From positions 12,602-76,601 of the forward strand of contig JAJRPS010000065.1 of NCBI GenBank assembly GCA_024280635.1: a stretch of 64,000 bases of DNA. Direction: 5' to 3'. The stretch comes from Bacteroidota bacterium (GTDB taxonomy: Bacteria; Bacteroidota; Bacteroidia; Flavobacteriales; Flavobacteriaceae). Below are positions 58,425 to 64,000 of this stretch, one piece after another; positions within the stretch are counted from its first letter, which is position 1, and the number at the start of each line of letters is the position of its first letter. The notes under the pieces are model-generated. The model was not told where the DNA came from. It saw only the letters and a program-made list of their open reading frames with translations, and did not search any database. The translations under genes were made by a program, and so were the position numbers.

Positions 58425-60791
58425 ATGAAAAAACCAACATGCTATCATTGTAATGATGTTTGTGAAAAGATTGTAAAATTTGATGATAAAAACTTTTGCT
58501 GCAATGGCTGTAAAATGGTGTATGAAATACTCAATCAGAGTGAGTTATCGGCATATTATACAATAGATAAAAAAGCAGGAAAACGTCCAGAAATTATAGC
58601 AGGTAAATATGATTATTTAGATTCAGATAAAATTACAGAAACCTTATTGGAATTTACTGATGATGATTTGCAAATAGTAAACCTATACATACCACATATT
58701 CATTGTAGTTCTTGTATTTGGGTGTTGGAAAACTTGAGTAAATTAAATGCCAATGTAATGGCGTCACAAGTAAATTTCCCTAAAAAAACAGTTCGGATAA
58801 CCTATAAAAAACAACAATTTTCTTTAAAAGAATTGGTTGTTTTACTAAGCAGTATTGGTTATGAGCCGTACATTAGTTTGGATAATTCTGAAGTAAAATA
58901 TAACCATAAAGATCATACCTTATTAATTAAACTTGCCGTTGCAGGTTTTGCTTTCGGAAATATCATGTTTTTGTCTTTCCCAGAGTATTTTGAAGTGTCA
59001 GAACATTGGTTAAATCAATATAAATCCTTCTTTAGGTATATTATGTTAGTTTTTTCAGTGCCTGTAATTTTATATGCAGCACAAGATTATTTTGTATCTG
59101 CTTATAAAGGATTAAAAAATAAAATTTTAAATATAGATGTGCCAATTGCTTTGGGTATGTTGGTATTGTTTTTAAGAAGTGCTTATGAAATTATAACTCA
59201 TACCGGTCAAGGCTTTTTAGATAGTTTAAGCGGATTGGTGTTCTTTTTGTTATTGGGTAAGTTTTTTCAGCAAAAAACGTATAGTTTTTTATCTTTTGAA
59301 AGAGATTACAAATCTTATTTTCCCATTGCCGTAACGCGTTTGATTGCGGGTAAAGAAGAAGGTGTAGCCATACATGAAATTAAAAAAGGTAATGTACTTT
59401 TGATACGTAATGAAGAGTTGATACCTGTAGATTGTTTGTTGCTAAAAGGAAATGCAAATATTGATTATAGCTTTGTAACGGGTGAGTCTGACCCAGTAAC
59501 TAAAAAAATAAAGGATAAATTATTTGCAGGAGGTAAGCAAACAGCAGGAGTAATTGAGGTTGAGGTTTTAAAATCAATGTCACAAAGTTATTTAACGCAA
59601 TTGTGGAGTAATGATGCTTTTCAAATTAACAAGCAAGACAAGTTAGAAACCATAACCAATAAGGTGAGTCAATATTTTACGGTAGTCATTTTGAGTATAA
59701 CGTTTTTAACAGCTGTATATTGGTATTTTACAGATGTTTCAAAAATTGTCAATGCTGTTACGGCGGTTCTTATAGTAGCTTGTCCTTGTGCATTTGCACT
59801 TTCAGCACCGTTTACATTGGGTAATGTGATTCGTATTTTAGGCAAACAAAAAATGTACTTGAAAAACACAGGCGTTATTGAAAGCTTATCAAAAATAACA
59901 ACAGTAGTTTTTGATAAAACAGGAACATTAACGCAATCGCAAAAAAGTGAAATAGTTTATGAGGGCAAGCAATTGTCTGCGCAACAAATGTCCTATGTAA
60001 AATCGATATTAAGAGGGTCAAATCATCCGTTAAGTAGAATTATATATGATACATTAAATGTACCTGTATTTTCAGTTACTCATTTTGAAGAAAAGGTGGG
60101 GAGTGGTTTGTTGGGAGAGGTGCGTAATGAAACGGTAAAATTAGGATCAGCTTCTTTTGTGAATACAACAACTGTAATCAAAAATGAAACAGCAGTGTAT
60201 GTGCAAATTTCTGGATTAAATTTCGGAAAATTTGTTGTTAAGAATAAGTATCGAATCGGAATAAAAAAAGTTTTTGATTCCTTATATAGGCAAGGGTGCG
60301 ATATTGTGATATTATCAGGAGATAATGAAGGTGAAAAATCATATTTACAATCAATAACACCAAGCAATACACAGTTGGTTTTTAAAAAGAAACCTGCGGA
60401 AAAATTAGAATTTATTAAGGCATTACAGCAAAAAGGTAAAAAAGTATTAATGGTGGGTGATGGATTAAATGATGCAGGAGCATTAGCGCAAAGTAATGTG
60501 GGTATTGCTATTGCAGAAAATGTAAATGTATTTTCGCCTGCTTGTGATGCTATTATTGATGCCTCCACCTTTGTTTATTTACCTAATCTGCTCAAAATTA
60601 CAAAGCAGAGTAATGTAATTATAATCAGTAGTTTTATCTTTTCATTTTTATATAATATTATTGGGTTATATTTTGCAATAACAGGAAATTTATCACCTAT
60701 AATAGCAGCAATCTTAATGCCGATTAGCTCAATTTCAATAGTTGTTTTTGTAACAATTGCTACCAGTTTTCTAAAATTTAGTAACAAATAA
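58425..60791 (+). CDS. ccoI: Copper-translocating P1B-type ATPase, CcoI/FixI type
   Basis: N-terminal Cys-rich domain (CYHCNDVC...FCCNGCKMVYE), a CPC in TM6 (VACPCAF), DKTGTLT and GDGLNDA. Lies next to ccoS and ccoNO. Confidence 0.9.
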   Translation: MKKPTCYHCNDVCEKIVKFDDKNFCCNGCKMVYEILNQSELSAYYTIDKKAGKRPEIIAGKYDYLDSDKITETLLEFTDDDLQIVNLYIPHIHCSSCIWVLENLSKLNANVMASQVNFPKKTVRITYKKQQFSLKELVVLLSSIGYEPYISLDNSEVKYNHKDHTLLIKLAVAGFAFGNIMFLSFPEYFEVSEHWLNQYKSFFRYIMLVFSVPVILYAAQDYFVSAYKGLKNKILNIDVPIALGMLVLFLRSAYEIITHTGQGFLDSLSGLVFFLLLGKFFQQKTYSFLSFERDYKSYFPIAVTRLIAGKEEGVAIHEIKKGNVLLIRNEELIPVDCLLLKGNANIDYSFVTGESDPVTKKIKDKLFAGGKQTAGVIEVEVLKSMSQSYLTQLWSNDAFQINKQDKLETITNKVSQYFTVVILSITFLTAVYWYFTDVSKIVNAVTAVLIVACPCAFALSAPFTLGNVIRILGKQKMYLKNTGVIESLSKITTVVFDKTGTLTQSQKSEIVYEGKQLSAQQMSYVKSILRGSNHPLSRIIYDTLNVPVFSVTHFEEKVGSGLLGEVRNETVKLGSASFVNTTTVIKNETAVYVQISGLNFGKFVVKNKYRIGIKKVFDSLYRQGCDIVILSGDNEGEKSYLQSITPSNTQLVFKKKPAEKLEFIKALQQKGKKVLMVGDGLNDAGALAQSNVGIAIAENVNVFSPACDAIIDASTFVYLPNLLKITKQSNVIIISSFIFSFLYNIIGLYFAITGNLSPIIAAILMPISSISIVVFVTIATSFLKFSNK

Positions 60792-60820
60792 CTTAGACTG
60801 GGTTTAAATAATATAAAAAA

Positions 60821-60832
60821 TGACAATTATCA
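60821..60832. promoter_or_regulatory. Second FNR-like half-degenerate palindrome upstream of ccoS/ccoNO
   Basis: TGACaattATCA, 57 nt upstream of the ccoS ATG. Confidence 0.35.
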
Positions 60833-60888
60833 GGTAATTTGTTTAGCTTACACCTTATTTTTACATTTCATTAACAAAAGTCATAAAA

Positions 60889-61059
60889 ATGGGCGTGATT
60901 TATATTTTAATTGCAGTGAGTATTTTTGTAGCGGTTTCATTTTTTATAGCGTTTGTGTATGCTGTGAAAACGGGGCAGTTTGAAGATTCTTACACGCCTT
61001 CTGTTCGGATGCTTTTTGAAGATGAAATAGTAATAAAAAAAACAAAAACTAACAAATAA
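60889..61059 (+). CDS. ccoS: cbb3 oxidase maturation protein CcoS/FixS (56 aa, absent from the ORF track)
   Basis: My translation is MGVIYILIAVSIFVAVSFFIAFVYAVKTGQFEDSYTPSVRMLFEDEIVIKKTKTNK. It has one TM then the KSGQFDD-like motif typical of CcoS, and sits between ccoI and ccoN. Confidence 0.8.
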   Translation: MGVIYILIAVSIFVAVSFFIAFVYAVKTGQFEDSYTPSVRMLFEDEIVIKKTKTNK

Positions 61060-61067
61060 CAAATTTT

Positions 61068-63239
61068 ATGGAAATGGAAAAAGAACAATTTTATTATGAT
61101 GATAAAATCGTAAAGAACTTTCTTTATGCAACGATTCTTTGGGGATTAGTAGGAATGACAGTAGGTTTAATGCTTGCTTTTATGTTTATTTTCCCAAATT
61201 ACACATCAGGGATATCATGGTTAAGTTTTGGACGTTTACGGCCATTACATACTAATGCAGTAATCTTTGCCTTTGTAGGTAACGCTATTTTTGCAGGAGT
61301 TTACTATTCATTACAGCGATTATTGAAAGCGCGTATGGCAAGTGATTTTTTAAGTAAGTTAAACTTTTGGGGTTGGCAATTAATTATTGTTGGTGCAGCA
61401 ATTACTTTACCATTAGGGTATACAACAACAAAAGAGTACGCCGAGTTAGAATGGCCATTTGACATTGCAATAGCAGTAATTTGGGTTGCTTGGGGATATA
61501 ACATGATTTGGACCATACTAAAACGTAGAGAGCGTCATTTATATGTGGCAATCTGGTTTTATATCGCAACATTTGTAACCATAGCAGTATTACATATATT
61601 CAATAGTTTAGAGTTGCCAATATCAGCATTAAAAAGTTATTCTGTTTATGCAGGAGTGCAAGATGCTTTGGTGCAGTGGTGGTATGGGCATAATGCAGTT
61701 GCCTTTTTCTTGACCACACCGTTTTTAGGATTAATGTACTATTTTGTGCCTAAAGCAGCAGGAAGACCAGTATATTCCTATAAATTATCTATTGTGCATT
61801 TCTGGTCATTAATTTTTATTTATATATGGGCAGGACCGCACCATTTATTATATACCGCTTTACCACAGTGGGCACAAATGTTGGGAACAACTTTTTCTAT
61901 CATGTTATTGGCGCCATCTTGGGGTGGTATGATAAACGGATTATTAACCTTAAGAGGTGCTTGGGATAAAGTACGTACTGATCCTACATTAAAGTTTATG
62001 GTTGTAGCCATTACAGGTTATGGTATGGCGACTTTTGAAGGACCTTTATTGTCCTTAAAAAATGTAAATGCCATTGCACATTTTACCGATTGGATTATTG
62101 CTCACGTACACGTAGGAGCTTTAGCATGGAACGGTTTCTTAGCATTTGGTATGATTTATTACTTAATACCAAAATTATTTAAAACAAAGTTATATTCATT
62201 AACCTTAGCAAACACGCACTTTTGGTTAGGAACATTGGGTATCTTATTATATGCATTACCAATGTATGTAGCGGGATTTGTACAAGCAGAAATGTGGAAA
62301 CAATTTTCGCCAGAAGGAACTTTAATATATAGTTTCGTAGATACATTAGTAGAAATCAAACCGATGTATTGGATGCGTGCTATTGGAGGAACAATGTATA
62401 TTACGGGTGCATTTGTAATGCTATGGAATGTTATTAAAACAGTAGCTTCTGGGCAACCTGTTGAAGATGAATTAGCAGAAGCTCCAGCATTAACAGTATT
62501 AGGGAGAGGTCGTATTAAAGGTGAAGGTTTCCATACTTGGTTAGAGCGTAAACCTGTACAATTAACAATATTAGCAACAGTAGCTATTTTAATTGGAGGT
62601 ATGGTGCAAATAATACCAACCATTTTAATTAAATCAAACATACCAACCATTAGTAGTGTAAAACCATATACACCTTTAGAATTAGAAGGTAGAGATATTT
62701 ATATACGTGAAGGTTGTGTAGGCTGTCACTCGCAAATGATTAGACCATTCCGTTCAGAAGTTGAGCGTTACGGCGAATACTCAAAAGCAGGAGAGTTTGT
62801 TTATGATCATCCGTTCTTATGGGGGTCTAAACGTACAGGACCAGATTTACAGCGTGAAGGTGGTAAAAAATCTAATGTATGGCACTTTAATCACATGTAT
62901 GATCCGCAAGCAATTGAAGAAAAATCAATTATGCCACGTTATCAATGGATTATTAGTGATAAAAAAGATTATTCGCAATTGCAAGATAAAATGAATGCTA
63001 TGATTACTTTAGGAGTACCGTATACTCAAGAAGAAGTAGACAAAGCCTATGCATCTGTTGAAAAACAAGCAACAGCAATAGCAAATGACTTATTATTAAA
63101 TGATGATATCAAAACCTCTTTTGCAGAAGAAAAAGAAGCTAAAGGCGACGAATTTGTACCATTAAAAGATAGAGAAATCATCTCATTAATAGCGTACCTA
63201 CAACGTTTAGGAACAGATATTAAAGGAGAAAAAAAATAA
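61068..63239 (+). CDS. ccoNO: cbb3-type cytochrome c oxidase, fused subunits I and II (CcoNO)
   Basis: 723 aa. A heme-copper oxidase core with His ligands (HFWSLIF.., AHVHVGAL) is followed by a TM and a mono-heme c domain (CVGCHSQMIRP). Confidence 0.95.
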   Translation: MEMEKEQFYYDDKIVKNFLYATILWGLVGMTVGLMLAFMFIFPNYTSGISWLSFGRLRPLHTNAVIFAFVGNAIFAGVYYSLQRLLKARMASDFLSKLNFWGWQLIIVGAAITLPLGYTTTKEYAELEWPFDIAIAVIWVAWGYNMIWTILKRRERHLYVAIWFYIATFVTIAVLHIFNSLELPISALKSYSVYAGVQDALVQWWYGHNAVAFFLTTPFLGLMYYFVPKAAGRPVYSYKLSIVHFWSLIFIYIWAGPHHLLYTALPQWAQMLGTTFSIMLLAPSWGGMINGLLTLRGAWDKVRTDPTLKFMVVAITGYGMATFEGPLLSLKNVNAIAHFTDWIIAHVHVGALAWNGFLAFGMIYYLIPKLFKTKLYSLTLANTHFWLGTLGILLYALPMYVAGFVQAEMWKQFSPEGTLIYSFVDTLVEIKPMYWMRAIGGTMYITGAFVMLWNVIKTVASGQPVEDELAEAPALTVLGRGRIKGEGFHTWLERKPVQLTILATVAILIGGMVQIIPTILIKSNIPTISSVKPYTPLELEGRDIYIREGCVGCHSQMIRPFRSEVERYGEYSKAGEFVYDHPFLWGSKRTGPDLQREGGKKSNVWHFNHMYDPQAIEEKSIMPRYQWIISDKKDYSQLQDKMNAMITLGVPYTQEEVDKAYASVEKQATAIANDLLLNDDIKTSFAEEKEAKGDEFVPLKDREIISLIAYLQRLGTDIKGEKK

Positions 63240-63245
63240 AGTATT

Positions 63246-63413
63246 ATGTTAAAATTTGTAAAAGGGCATATGGAATCTATTGAAGGTATAGAAATATATC
63301 CAATCATTTCATTACTTATATTTTTCACATTTTTTACAATATTAGGATTCTGGGTTGTGAAATCTAAAAAATCCTATATCGATAAAGTGAAGAATATCCC
63401 ATTTGATAATTAA
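63246..63413 (+). CDS. CcoQ/FixQ-like small membrane protein (55 aa, absent from the ORF track)
   Basis: My translation is MLKFVKGHMESIEGIEIYPIISLLIFFTFFTILGFWVVKSKKSYIDKVKNIPFDN. It has a single TM and sits between ccoNO and ccoP. Confidence 0.55.
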   Translation: MLKFVKGHMESIEGIEIYPIISLLIFFTFFTILGFWVVKSKKSYIDKVKNIPFDN

Positions 63414-63431
63414 TAAAAAAAAACTAAAAAA

Positions 63432-64000
63432 ATGAAAAATTATTTTCCATCATATATAAGAGTGCCATTAATCTTTTTTGGAGTGGCAGGTTTGTTAGAG
63501 TATGTAATTGATTCTGGTGATATGCCAGCATTTGTAAAACACCCAGAAGTTCTAGGAGTATTACTGTTATTACTATTTGTGTTGATAGCCTTTGAGGTAT
63601 CTTATGCAGCAATAGGGAGTTTATTGCATAAAGTATTGCCAGAAGATGAAAAAGCAAAATTGGAAGCTGCTAAAGATGAGCAACCGGTTTGGGTGCAAAA
63701 TTTGCTTAAAAAATTAACCCGTTCTAAAAAAATAGAGCAAGAGCAAGACATTGTATTGACGCACAATTACGATGGTATTAGAGAGTTAGACAATGTATTG
63801 CCGCCATGGTGGGTATATTTATTTTATGCATCTATTGTTTTTGCAATCATATATGCTGTTCGTTTTTCAATGAATGATTTAAATCAAATAGAAGAATATA
63901 ATACAGAGGTTGTTGAGGCAAAAGCCGCTTTTGAAGAATGGAAAAAAACAGCTAAAGATTATGTTGATGTGAGTAGTGTAACTGTATTAACTGAAAAAGC
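63432..64000 (+). CDS. ccoP: cbb3 oxidase subunit III CcoP, 5' part (runs off the window)
   Basis: Open frame from the ATG at 63432 to the window end. It contains the FixP_N signature HNYDGIRELDNVLPPWW followed by a TM. Confidence 0.85.
   Translation, partial: MKNYFPSYIRVPLIFFGVAGLLEYVIDSGDMPAFVKHPEVLGVLLLLLFVLIAFEVSYAAIGSLLHKVLPEDEKAKLEAAKDEQPVWVQNLLKKLTRSKKIEQEQDIVLTHNYDGIRELDNVLPPWWVYLFYASIVFAIIYAVRFSMNDLNQIEEYNTEVVEAKAAFEEWKKTAKDYVDVSSVTVLTEK

Noticed and set aside
1-64000. CRISPR arrays, rRNA/tRNA genes, prophage, toxin-antitoxin or known defence systems.
   Set aside because: I found no regularly spaced direct repeats, no rRNA- or tRNA-like sequences, and no nuclease/helicase/methylase combinations typical of defence islands. 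The two endonuclease I genes carry signal peptides and T9SS sorting domains, so they are secreted enzymes rather than restriction systems.

Overview
AT-rich chromosomal segment that looks like a Flavobacteriia (Bacteroidota) genome. The evidence is three proteins ending in T9SS-type C-terminal sorting domains, a fused ccoNO cbb3 oxidase gene, DUF4199/DUF4293/DUF2461-type genes, TAnnTTTG -7 promoter boxes just upstream of starts, and little Shine-Dalgarno signal. Most of the window is housekeeping: a 2-oxoacid dehydrogenase E2; the thrS-infC-rpmI-rplT operon; ilvE; mnmD; grpE-dnaJ; miaA; smpB; rho; purL; an rsmB-like methyltransferase; an msbA-like ABC exporter; a phosphosugar mutase; glycosyltransferases; L31; coaE; and two two-component systems. 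Three blocks look more accessory. (1) A roughly 10.5 kb co-oriented heavy-metal cluster (16253-26752): a small Cys-motif protein, an enlarged CusA/CzcA RND pump, TolC, an adaptor carrying two CxxC metal-binding modules and a DUF3347-like region, a VIT1 transporter, a T9SS-sorted multicopper oxidase, and a secreted protein with a Cys/Lys-rich repeat tail. (2) Two tandem T9SS-sorted endonuclease I paralogs. Their upstream junction is duplicated and includes a relic of the neighbouring methyltransferase gene's 3' end. (3) An Fnr-like regulator divergent from a ccoI-ccoS-ccoNO-ccoQ-ccoP cluster, with FNR-like palindromes. Three genes carry apparent lesions: an in-frame TAA in an ABC ATPase, a frameshift in a LuxR-type response regulator, and a frameshift at a histidine kinase C-terminus. 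I found no CRISPR array, tRNA/rRNA gene, transposase, integrase, prophage or recognisable defence system. The least well described biology I can support is the set of accessory proteins in the metal cluster, not a wholly new system. All family assignments come from motif reading and memory, not from searches.
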